In this document: positions 49,031 through 57,903 of the stretch, in pieces
How the letters are laid out: every line of letters begins with the position of its first letter
Position numbering within the stretch: the stretch's first letter is position 1
Assembly: GCA_049520575.1 (NCBI GenBank)
Contig: JBEKPQ010000001.1
Coordinates: 20,333 to 84,332 of the forward strand
Source of the DNA: Thermodesulfobacteriota bacterium
GTDB taxonomy: Bacteria; Desulfobacterota; RBG-13-43-22
Length of the DNA stretch: 64,000 nucleotides
Direction: 5' to 3'
Program-made: the position numbers and the translations under genes
The notes under the pieces: generated by a model
What the model was told of the DNA's origin: nothing
Seen by the model: only the letters and a program-made list of their open reading frames with translations
Databases searched by the model: none

Positions 49031-50341
49031 ATGACTATTCAAAACCTGGACCCCGGCCTCCCAGTCATTCAGGAAGCCGATCTGGAAGACAAGATCGTCT
49101 TGGTCCGGGTAGACCATAATGTGGTTAAAAAAGGGGTCATTCAAGACCCTTATCGAATTGAACAAACCTTCGGCACTCTTTACAATATCGTTGAACGCGG
49201 AGGGCGCCCGATTCTAATGACCCATGTAGGTCGCCCTCGGGATAAAAAGACCGGGGCCATTACCTGCGATCCGAAAAGCGGGGTGAAGCCCATTGTCCGC
49301 TATCTGGAGCAGAAACTTCACACCAACTTTGTTGTCCCTGATTTTCCTGCCGATGGTTCCAATGGGATCACTCACATCGACGATTCGATCAAACCGGTCG
49401 TCAACGACCTCCGGCAACGTAAAATAGATGGGATATATCTCCCTAATAGCCGCTGGTTTCAGGGAGAAGAGGGCCACGGACCGGAACGGGAGGCCTTAAC
49501 CAGACAACTGGCCACTCTGGCCGATGTCTTTATTAATGACGCTTTCGGCTCCTGGCAAGCCCATGCCTCCACCTATGACATTACCAAATATTTGCCCTCC
49601 TATGCCGGTTTCTTAATGCAAAAGGAAATTGCCAATTTAGACCGGGTGTTAAAACCCGAACGTCCTTTCTTGGCCGTGGTGGCCGGAGCCAAGTTTGACA
49701 CCAAGATCGGTCCTCTGAATAAAATTTATGAAAAGGTGGATCATCTGATTTTGGGCGGGGTTATGTATAATGCGTACTTGGCCGCCAAATTAGGGATTGA
49801 AATCGCCGGCGTTTCGGAAAGTGACGTGTTGGCAGCCAAAGAATTGGTGGCCAGAGATCAGCAATCCAGAAAGATCGTTGAACTTCCCAAGGTGATCGAA
49901 TCAGAAACAATGGCTGAACCCTTTGAAGGAAAATTTCGAACCATCGGCATCAAGGATTTCAGGACCGGGAACCGTTATGGTTTCCTTTTAGATGTTGCCC
50001 CTCAGTCCTTTGAAGACCCTCAGATCAAGGAGGTTATTGCCCAGGCCAGAACGATCTTTGTCAATGCCGTTATGGGTTATTCCCCCTATTTTACTGAAGG
50101 GACCAAGGTCCTGGATCTGACTATTGATAAGAACCCGGCCGCTTACAAAATGTTTGGCGGAGGTGATACTCTCCAGGAATTTAAGGACCAGAACCCCGGC
50201 CTTTACCTGAAGGCCATTGACAACCTCCAATATTATTTTTTTACCGGTGGGGGAACGGTCCTGACAGCCATTGAGGAGGGGACCCCCTATCTATTAAAAC
50301 CGATTCAGGCCTTGATGGAAAAGGGAAAGCAACAGGCCTGA
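49031..50341 (+). CDS. pgk: Phosphoglycerate kinase (divergent type)
   Basis: VLVRVDHNV, HVGRP, INDAFG, AGFLM..E, GAK, GGGDT, TGGG. Confidence 0.88.
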   Translation: MTIQNLDPGLPVIQEADLEDKIVLVRVDHNVVKKGVIQDPYRIEQTFGTLYNIVERGGRPILMTHVGRPRDKKTGAITCDPKSGVKPIVRYLEQKLHTNFVVPDFPADGSNGITHIDDSIKPVVNDLRQRKIDGIYLPNSRWFQGEEGHGPEREALTRQLATLADVFINDAFGSWQAHASTYDITKYLPSYAGFLMQKEIANLDRVLKPERPFLAVVAGAKFDTKIGPLNKIYEKVDHLILGGVMYNAYLAAKLGIEIAGVSESDVLAAKELVARDQQSRKIVELPKVIESETMAEPFEGKFRTIGIKDFRTGNRYGFLLDVAPQSFEDPQIKEVIAQARTIFVNAVMGYSPYFTEGTKVLDLTIDKNPAAYKMFGGGDTLQEFKDQNPGLYLKAIDNLQYYFFTGGGTVLTAIEEGTPYLLKPIQALMEKGKQQA

Positions 50342-50542
50342 CGGCTTCGTAAAAAGTTCATTAGTCCCGCGTTTCGCGGGATTGCGCTGCACCCTTCGTC
50401 TCTCCCCGGCGTTCGCCGGGTGCTTATTGCGGTATCCTTCAATGTACGCCTCATTCCTAAGGATTTGCGCGCATAGTCTCGCCTTTGGCGGGAGAGTTTT
50501 TTACAGTGCCGCCCTATTTGATGACTTTTTACGAGGCCAACA
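50339..50542 (+). mobile_element. MITE-like element carrying three hairpin inserts
   Basis: tgacggcttcgtaaaaagt ... gactttttacgaggcc inverted termini; first base triplet is the pgk stop codon. Confidence 0.78.
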
Positions 50543-50733
50543 GACCTGAAATGTCTTAAGGCTAATAGCTCAAAGCTGAAAGCAAAAGCTTTCACTTTGA
50601 TTTATTAGCTATCAAATTCAACTTACTTGTATTAATAAACTCTCATGCCCCTCTGGGGCGCCACGAAATATGAAAATAGGTTTCGCCGAACGACGAACGG
50701 TATTTTCGTACTAATGGAAAGGCAGTATCCCTC

Positions 50734-51477
50734 TTGTTAGAACATACCTTTATCCATATTACCGGAATAGGTCCCAAGACCGAACAGTATCTCTGGAGAC
50801 AGGGGATCTTAACTTGGACAGATTTCTTGGATCATGAAAAACCGATCCTCTCCCCAAATCGGGATGCCGTTATACGCCGGGAACTTGAGATTTCCATTAA
50901 AAAAAGAAAAGAACTTCTTTTTTTCGCCAACCGTCTTCCTCCGTCTGATCTCTGGAGGGTCTTTGAGTCCTTCAAAGAAGATGCTGTTTTTCTGGACATA
51001 GAAACCAGCGGGGGGTATCAAGGATTGGACGAAATCACGCTCATCGGCCTCTTTGATGGCCGAAAGGTACAAACCTTCGTCAATGGCCGCAATTTAGACG
51101 ATTTTGAACAGGCCATCGCCTCTTATTCGCTGGTCATCACCTTTAACGGATCTTGTTTTGATCTGCCTTATCTTAGGAGGTGGTTCAGACATATCTCCCT
51201 TCCTCCAGCTCACATAGATCTGCGCTTTCTCTTAAAAAAATTGGGACTTCGAGGGGGATTGAAGGCCATAGAAAAACAGGTGGGCCTGTCCCGGGACCCC
51301 ATGGTGGAGGGAATGAACGGGTTTGACGCCGTTCTTCTCTGGAAGGCCTATCAATGGGGAGATCAAACAGCCTTGGAGCGCTTAATTTTATACAACACTA
51401 TGGATATTGTGCAGCTCAAGCCTTTAATGGAATTAAGCGCAAGGGAAATGAAAAAAAGACTTTTATCCTGTTCTTAA
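50734..51477 (+). CDS. RNase H-like (YprB / RNase_H_2) exonuclease with N-terminal HhH
   Basis: GIGPKTE, FLDIETSG, TFNG..FDLP, GGLK.IE, YN..D. Confidence 0.85.
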   Translation: MLEHTFIHITGIGPKTEQYLWRQGILTWTDFLDHEKPILSPNRDAVIRRELEISIKKRKELLFFANRLPPSDLWRVFESFKEDAVFLDIETSGGYQGLDEITLIGLFDGRKVQTFVNGRNLDDFEQAIASYSLVITFNGSCFDLPYLRRWFRHISLPPAHIDLRFLLKKLGLRGGLKAIEKQVGLSRDPMVEGMNGFDAVLLWKAYQWGDQTALERLILYNTMDIVQLKPLMELSAREMKKRLLSCS

Positions 51478-51515
51478 TAGCGGCGCAATTTGCTAAAAAA
51501 TAGTTAAAGTAAAAA

Positions 51516-53030
51516 TTAATCAATAAGAAAACTAGTGAATTGCCAGACATCTTCTTCCTTTGGCAGCGGTTTCCCCCACATATCAAATAATGCAGATCTA
51601 TTTTTTAGAGGGGTCCAATTGGTTTGTACAGATGGACACGGTCCAAGATATGGTAGAGCTTTTTCGAGAATTTCACGATAAGGCAAATCATCGGGTACTA
51701 ATAGACCCTTATTAGGATTTTTTATCAGCCATATTACTCCACTTAATACAGCGGCAGCCACTTGTAACGTCGTCGCATTTTGTCCTGGAACAAGCTTGCG
51801 AGCCTCATGAATATCTAACTGCGAGCCGGTCCACCAACCGGTTAGACCATGGCCCAGCAGGAGCACGCCTAACTCATCCCTTCCATCCGTGATTTCATCT
51901 GTCATTATCCTCAATCTATTTTGGAGCTGGTAACTATGCATCGCAAGCTCATAAAGACTGAGGATAGCATTATCGCATGGCAAATAGGCATAATGAACCG
52001 TCGGCCTATAAGTGGGCCGTTTTATTTCCCCTGGAGCATCCTCCCATACCGTAAGATAGTCACTAATCGTGAATGCCTCTGCATGACGCACAAGACAGCC
52101 TATAATTTCCCCGCCTAATGGTACCCACGAGTGTACAAAAGTTCTTATCCCGGGTTGAGCAATAAATATTTGATTTCCAGGCCCACCATCCGGTGAATAG
52201 GCATATTTTGGCATTCGCCGTTCATGTGTACCCCAACCAAGTTCCGCTGGTGCTGTTCCTTCCTCATAAAAGCCGTCGATCGACCATGTATTTACAAATT
52301 CACCAACCTCTTTTGGTTTGTCAGTAATTTGTGTGTCGCGCTCGGAAATGTGTATCACTTTGGTTCCTGTTGCATAAGAAAGTCGAGCAAACGCCCCTTT
52401 TTCTCCTCCTTCGGCATCCGCGATAATTCTTTCAAATTCTTTAATGTCGAGCTTTATTTCACTGCGAATATTTCGCCTTAACATTTCAGATCCAATTTCT
52501 AAGAGGGCTTGTTTAGTAAAATGACTAACAAGCCCTGGATTTGCTCCATGATCTACTATCATTGTAGGACTCGAATTATTTTTCGATTCCATTTCTATTT
52601 TTAGTTTCCTAAGTTGCATTTGACGGAAATACAAACTCCTTTCATAAGGGGATTTACGTTCAATATCTTTGGATGGGTCCCATTCTTCAACAGATGTATT
52701 GATATACTTAACTTCATTCTCATAGCACCATCTAAGTAGTGTCAGGGTATTTATGTTCCAAGCTAAATCCACAATTAGGTCCCCAGGGCCAACATGTTTC
52801 TTTAATACATCAATAATATTTTCTTTGCTGACTTTGACCTGCTCAAACTTGGCACCTGCCTTTAATATTTCTATAATTTTTTCTCTTTGATCAATAAAAT
52901 CAACTATGGTTATTTTTACCAACGGCATGTCTAAATGGCGCGCGAAAAGAGGGAGGGTGCATTGCGAAACTGAACCACAACCAATTACAAGAATTTTACC
53001 GTCGAAATGAGTTCTCTTAAAGTTGGACAA
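51516..53030 (-). CDS. hss: Homospermidine synthase
   Basis: IGCGSV, HGANPGLVSHF, NTWS.DGF.EEG, GWGTHE, RPTVHYAY, NATTLQV. Confidence 0.92.
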   Translation of the reverse strand: MSNFKRTHFDGKILVIGCGSVSQCTLPLFARHLDMPLVKITIVDFIDQREKIIEILKAGAKFEQVKVSKENIIDVLKKHVGPGDLIVDLAWNINTLTLLRWCYENEVKYINTSVEEWDPSKDIERKSPYERSLYFRQMQLRKLKIEMESKNNSSPTMIVDHGANPGLVSHFTKQALLEIGSEMLRRNIRSEIKLDIKEFERIIADAEGGEKGAFARLSYATGTKVIHISERDTQITDKPKEVGEFVNTWSIDGFYEEGTAPAELGWGTHERRMPKYAYSPDGGPGNQIFIAQPGIRTFVHSWVPLGGEIIGCLVRHAEAFTISDYLTVWEDAPGEIKRPTYRPTVHYAYLPCDNAILSLYELAMHSYQLQNRLRIMTDEITDGRDELGVLLLGHGLTGWWTGSQLDIHEARKLVPGQNATTLQVAAAVLSGVIWLIKNPNKGLLVPDDLPYREILEKALPYLGPCPSVQTNWTPLKNRSALFDMWGKPLPKEEDVWQFTSFLID

Positions 53031-53204
53031 TTTTTTACCTCCGTGTCATAAGCACAAAATTCCGGGCGAGTTATCTCTTATGCTTAATTAATAATTCCTG
53101 ACCTGAATAAGCCGAATTCAACATGGTATCACGTAGAGAGGCAGAATTTCTCTATGCGAACTACATCAACATATCATAATGACGAAGGGATTTTTCTTTG
53201 TACT

Positions 53205-53232
53205 CGTCACCCCGGCCAAAACCGGGGTCCAG
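53205..53232. repeat. GTCACCCCGG-loop-CCGGGGTCCAG palindrome (REP-like, single copy here)
   Basis: GC-rich hairpin within an AT-rich spacer. Confidence 0.45.
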
Positions 53233-53303
53233 CAATGAATTTCTTTTAAGATTTTTAAGATAAGGAAGAAAGCTGTTTTAATTATGAGATTGTTAACAAG
53301 AAT

Positions 53304-54554
53304 CTATTGCATCTGAATCGAAGCATATCGCTTCGGGTATTTATTCATAAATACGCTGTTCATATCCTCCTCAACAATTTGCTCTTCATCGGGGGCAACA
53401 ATTGTGCTTGGAGGTGCGAAGCCATTAAAAGAGGTAGCGCTGGCACTTGTATAGGCCCCCATTCCAGGGACAAGAAGTAAATCACCAACCGCAAGTCGAG
53501 GGAGTTTCTGGTCACGAGCGACAATATCAATCGAATCACAACTCGGCCCAGCAACAACGCATTCTTCTAACGACCCAGAACGATTAGAAATTAACCTATA
53601 ATCACACTTATCAAATATTTTCCCTGAAAAAGCGCCATAAACTCCATCATCAATATAATACCAAGGAGCACCATTTCGTATGGTACGGCCTATAACTTTA
53701 GTGACAAGAGTGATACAACTTCCAGAAATACATCTTCCCGGCTCTGCAATAATATTTAAGTCATCAGGGAAAAATTCTCGAAGGCTATTTCTCAAAACAG
53801 TGCAATATTGAGATAAGCTCGGCAGAACATCTTTATATGATATAGGGAAACCTCCTCCAACATCTAATGTATCGAAAGTAAAACCTTCAGAAATAGCTTC
53901 ATTAAATATTTTTCTGACATACCTCACTGCATTATAATATATGATAGGATCAGTACACTGTGATCCAACATGGAACGCTATGCCTCGTATTTTTAATCCC
54001 TCGGATCTGGCTTTTTTAAGTAAGGGAAGTATGTCATGCTCATGAGCTCCGAATTTAGAAGATAAATTTACTACACAATGTGGGTTAGTAATTGCTACCC
54101 TAAGAAGCAAATTTGAGCATGGCGCTAATCTTTTTAGCTTTTTTATTTCCTCCATATTGTCAAAAACAAACCATTTAATTCCTTGTTTTACTGAACTTTC
54201 TAGGTCGGATTCTTTTTTTATGGGATTGGTATGGATCATATTATCTGTAGAAACCCCAATTTCTTGACAAATAGAAATTTCTCCACATGAAGCTACATCT
54301 ATACCATCAACAAGATTTGATATTATCTTTAAAAGAGCCTTGTTGGGATTTGATTTCATTGCATAGAAAATCTTAACTCCAGGGAGATGTTCCCTGAGGG
54401 TATTAATGCTGTTAATTACTTTTGTTGGTGAAAATATTAAAAATGGAGTTGGATATTTTTTCAAGAGGTGTTCTGTTTGAGAAAAGTTGATGACCGGCTG
54501 CTCAAGAGAGTTATTTGTAAGGCTTGATTTGAAGGAAATTATTTTGTTTTTCAT
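53304..54554 (-). CDS. Ornithine (lysine/ornithine) decarboxylase, PLP fold type III
   Basis: YAMKSNP, DVAS.GE, HVGSQ, GGGFP, EPGR, GPSCDS, GAYT; ATG start after GAGGTG. Confidence 0.9.
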   Translation of the reverse strand: MKNKIISFKSSLTNNSLEQPVINFSQTEHLLKKYPTPFLIFSPTKVINSINTLREHLPGVKIFYAMKSNPNKALLKIISNLVDGIDVASCGEISICQEIGVSTDNMIHTNPIKKESDLESSVKQGIKWFVFDNMEEIKKLKRLAPCSNLLLRVAITNPHCVVNLSSKFGAHEHDILPLLKKARSEGLKIRGIAFHVGSQCTDPIIYYNAVRYVRKIFNEAISEGFTFDTLDVGGGFPISYKDVLPSLSQYCTVLRNSLREFFPDDLNIIAEPGRCISGSCITLVTKVIGRTIRNGAPWYYIDDGVYGAFSGKIFDKCDYRLISNRSGSLEECVVAGPSCDSIDIVARDQKLPRLAVGDLLLVPGMGAYTSASATSFNGFAPPSTIVAPDEEQIVEEDMNSVFMNKYPKRYASIQMQ

Positions 54555-54619
54555 TTTTCGGTACACCTCACTTTATTATTTTTTAGCCCTCAAACTATTT
54601 TTCTTTCAAAAAAATATTA

Positions 54620-55156
54620 TTAAAATTGTGGAGGCCAAGTAATTAACAGTAACTCTGCATCAGATTTACTATTATTTTCGAATGAATGCTCTTGATCTGC
54701 TTTAAACTGAAAGCAGCAGCCTGCTTTGGCGATCCATTTTTTTTTACCTAAGAAAATTACTAACCTTCCCTTTAATATGTAACCTACTACCTCACCATTA
54801 TGAGGTTTAATTGGCCCTAATTTTTGATTCTGCGCAATAATCAGTTTAGATGGCTCCATGGCCATTGTCGTTGAATGAGGACTAAGAAGCTCAAACTTAT
54901 CAATCCCCTGTTCTTTAATCTCCACCCTATCTCTTTTCCCAAATACAAAAGGTTTTTTGTCCTCCGTGGAAAAAAAATCGCTTAGAGTTTCACCAAAGAC
55001 AGCAAGGACCTTTGTTAAATATTCAATTGATACTGAACTCTTATTACTCTCTAACAGAGAGATAAAAGCAGCGGTAAGATCAGATCGTGCGGCCAATTCA
55101 TCTTGGGTTAACTGATTGGCCAATCGGAGCTCTTTTATTCGTTTTCCTAAGTTCAC
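54620..55156 (-). CDS. XRE HTH-cupin regulator (PuuR-like)
   Basis: LGKRIKELR...LTQ.ELA.RSDLT..FIS.LE, MEP, H.GE..GY.L.G, H.F.N. Confidence 0.88.
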   Translation of the reverse strand: MNLGKRIKELRLANQLTQDELAARSDLTAAFISLLESNKSSVSIEYLTKVLAVFGETLSDFFSTEDKKPFVFGKRDRVEIKEQGIDKFELLSPHSTTMAMEPSKLIIAQNQKLGPIKPHNGEVVGYILKGRLVIFLGKKKWIAKAGCCFQFKADQEHSFENNSKSDAELLLITWPPQF

Positions 55157-55729
55157 CCGACCTCGTTTATATAAAGTACTAATAAAACGTTTTTTAAGTA
55201 ATGCTTATTATCACCAAATTTGTTATTTGTCAATTGTTATTTTAGTACTAAATTATCACTTATTTAACAACAAGTTATAAATAAAACGATTTTTTCACCT
55301 GAAATTAAGCCTAAATTAATAAAACAACAATTTAAATAAAGTATTATTAAAATGTTCTTTAAGTTTTACTTATTAATGACATTTTTAGTTGGCATTTGTT
55401 TTGTTTTTCCATTTTATATCAAAAACTTTGAATTCCTCTCATGGAACTATTGAGAGGATATGGGTATTACCTTTTGAGGATTTGATTTCCTATGAGGCAT
55501 GGGTAGAAAATCCAGGCCAATTATGATACAACGGGGGAAAAACTTGGGTGGTTGTTAAAATTTCATTATAATGTATCGTGTGAAAGCACGGGATTATTTA
55601 TTTTTTCTATAAATTATCAAGAAATTATTTACTTTTCTGGATTTTTATCATAACCTGAAAGTAAATGGCATTTCTTAATAAAAAATAGCCTACTTGCTTA
55701 TAGGCTGAAGCACTTGACAAAATGGCTTT

Positions 55730-56110
55730 GAATTTTAACTCGTTCAATGATCTGAGTTCTTATACCCGACGTATTCTAAAGGCCTCCAAACTGGGAATTT
55801 TACTATCGGTGGCGTGGTGCCGAGAAATTGGGCCCAACAGGTCGGGCCTTTTTTAGAAATTCTTCAATACTGATTAAAAGAAGTCCTTCTCTTGAAACGT
55901 TTTTCTTGTGGAGTTCATCTGTCCCGAACCTGCACATTGGGGCGGCTTAAGCGGTTGTACCTATTCGGAGGGAGTTTCCTGGGGGAAATTTAATTCCCTT
56001 GAGGAAGGAGGGCGTTATGCCGAGGTTTTGTGCGATGCCATGATTGCCTGGCCTGTTTTGATGGCCGGGGTCCGACAAAAGATCCTAAGAAAAAGGAAGG
56101 ATCGACTAAA
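55730..56110 (+). pseudogene. Deoxyhypusine-synthase-like gene, 3' remnant
   Basis: LGI/TIGG.VPRNWAQQVGP, in-frame TGA, frameshift, ICPEP.HWGGLSGCTYSEGVSWGKF...GRYAEV.CDA.IAWP; 5' part missing. Confidence 0.85.
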
Positions 56111-56382
56111 TGAATTCCAGAAGAAAAAATTCTTTTTATCTTTTCATTTCCATATTGCTTTTGGCTTCCCTGTGCCTTGAAGTTTGGGCCAACGAAACTG
56201 AACCCATTGAAGGACGCATAACCGAGATCAATGAAAAACGAGGAACTATTACCATAAACGGCCAAGTCCTGGATGCCTCGGATTTTGAGCTGTCCGACCT
56301 GCAAGTGGGTTACTGGATCATGGGGGAATTTGTCAAAGAAAAAGGGAAATTGAAGCTTATTGACCTTGAAGTAATTAAGTAA
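56110..56382 (+). CDS. Small exported protein (DUF5666-like beta domain)
   Basis: Signal peptide VWA; IEGRITEI....GTITING...DLQVG; AAGGA RBS. Confidence 0.65.
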   Translation: MNSRRKNSFYLFISILLLASLCLEVWANETEPIEGRITEINEKRGTITINGQVLDASDFELSDLQVGYWIMGEFVKEKGKLKLIDLEVIK

Positions 56383-56390
56383 AAATTATC

Positions 56391-56419
56391 TTGACATGGG
56401 CTTTTAGATCGCCTATTAT
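56391..56419 (+). promoter_or_regulatory. Sigma70-type promoter
   Basis: TTGACA-N17-TATTAT upstream of the collagen-repeat lipoprotein. Confidence 0.55.
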
Positions 56420-56539
56420 CTCTCATTATACAAAAATATGCATTGTCTATCTTCTTGAAAAAAGATGGGTTTTTAGATTTTTTTGTTTATTCTGTGGCTG
56501 ACTTAAGCATTTTAATTTAAGCAAAGGAGGTGAATCAAT

Positions 56540-56794
56540 ATGCGGAAAATAATTTCCTTGGTGCTTGTTGTAATGTTGTTCGTGGTCTTTTCTTTTGCCT
56601 TGGGATGCAAGAAAAAGGAAGAGGCTCCGCCACCCGCACCTGCGGCTGAACAAAAAGCCCCGGAACCAGCTCCGGCTCCTGGACCGACTGGAGATACTGG
56701 AGCGAAAGGTGACACAGGTGCCACTGGTGCCACTGGTGCCACTGGTGCCACTGGTGCCACAGGTGCCCCAGCTCCGGCTCCAGAAAAAAAATAG
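56540..56794 (+). CDS. Small Pro/Ala-rich lipoprotein with collagen-like (Gly-X-Y)10 segment
   Basis: AAGGAGGTG RBS, lipobox ALGC, GPTGDTGAKGDT(GAT)5GAP. Confidence 0.85.
   Translation: MRKIISLVLVVMLFVVFSFALGCKKKEEAPPPAPAAEQKAPEPAPAPGPTGDTGAKGDTGATGATGATGATGATGAPAPAPEKK
56717..56770 (+). repeat. 9-bp tandem repeat GGTGCCACT (4 perfect + 2 variant units)
   Basis: Read directly in the sequence. Confidence 0.9.
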
Positions 56795-56822
56795 TTTCTT
56801 GTCTTCATTGAATCTTTCAGCA

Positions 56823-56868
56823 AAAGGGACAGCTTGTCAAAATTGAACAAACTGTCCCTTTTCTTTTT
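56823..56868 (+). terminator. Intrinsic terminator
   Basis: aaagggacag...ctgtcccttt stem followed by T-rich tract. Confidence 0.75.
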
Positions 56869-57087
56869 CTCTACCCCGGGTGTTATAAGGTGTTATAAAA
56901 GGAAATTAATCGAGGATAGTTCGTTGGTGTTAGTCTGTCACGAAATTAGGATTCGAGGATTCAAGGGGTGGAGGAAGTTGACGGTAAAAGGATACGGTTT
57001 TTTTGAACCTTGAATCTTAAACCCAGGACTTAATATCCCTTGAATCCATTTTTCAACCATTGATGTTGTCCCTTGAAAGATGAGACT

Positions 57088-57870
57088 TTATTTTTGAAGG
57101 GGCTTTGGCAGTCCCAGTTTGTTTCGCAATGCCTCTTCGTAAGGCAATCCGACCAGATAAATCCCATCCATAAAAATGAAAGTCGGGGTTGAATCAATCC
57201 CTTTCTTCTGGAGGAAGGCTAGCGTATTATTCACTTTTTTGATTCCCTCCGGACATTGGTTGCCCGATTGATAACCGCTGTCAAAGCCTTCGATCCCTTT
57301 ATTGTCGCAGAGGATGGAGATACATTGTTCTTTGGCCCCTTGGTGTGAGTCCAATGGGAAAAATAAAAAACGAACCTGCAGATCCTCTTTTTCAACCAAC
57401 CATTTCTTTAAAAGGGTTTCAGCTTTTTTGCAATAAGGACATTGAGGGTCGGTTACCAGATAGATCAGCTTTTTCCCCTGGCCCAGAGTGAAGGCCGTCA
57501 GGGGTTCTATTTGGAGAAGTTCTTCAGGAGTCAACCGGTTTAGCAATTGAACGGTTTCCTGGGTCACGTTCCTCCCGGTTTTTAATTCATGCAGATCGCC
57601 GGTCAATACGAAATCACCCTGTGAATCGGCATAAAAGAGGTGCATCTGGGCCCCTATTTTTACTTGAATCTGACAGAGACCCGGCACTTCACTCGGACTG
57701 ATTTTGGTTATCTCAAACTGTAATTTCGGAAAGGTCTTCTGGATTCCCTGCTGTAGTTTTTCTTTCTGAGGACATCGGGTCGAAACCGAAGCAGTGAAAG
57801 CTGAGCATCCCCATAAAGTCAATGCTATGGAAACAAGAGGAATAATAAAAAGCCGGGTAAAACGAACCAT
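57088..57870 (-). CDS. dsbC: DsbC/DsbG family disulfide isomerase (lipoprotein)
   Basis: N-terminal dimerisation domain, TDPQCPYC, FPL..H, STPT. Confidence 0.85.
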   Translation of the reverse strand: MVRFTRLFIIPLVSIALTLWGCSAFTASVSTRCPQKEKLQQGIQKTFPKLQFEITKISPSEVPGLCQIQVKIGAQMHLFYADSQGDFVLTGDLHELKTGRNVTQETVQLLNRLTPEELLQIEPLTAFTLGQGKKLIYLVTDPQCPYCKKAETLLKKWLVEKEDLQVRFLFFPLDSHQGAKEQCISILCDNKGIEGFDSGYQSGNQCPEGIKKVNNTLAFLQKKGIDSTPTFIFMDGIYLVGLPYEEALRNKLGLPKPLQK

Positions 57871-57903
57871 ATTTTTCTCCTTTTTTTGGGAAGCCAAGAA
57901 ATT

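Noticed and set aside
55400-55570. Possible degraded ORF in the AT-rich spacer
   Set aside because: Short, interrupted by stops, with no recognisable motif
56512-56850. Antisense ORF with (APV)n repeats
   Set aside because: Shadow of the collagen-like lipoprotein, which has the RBS, lipobox, promoter and terminator
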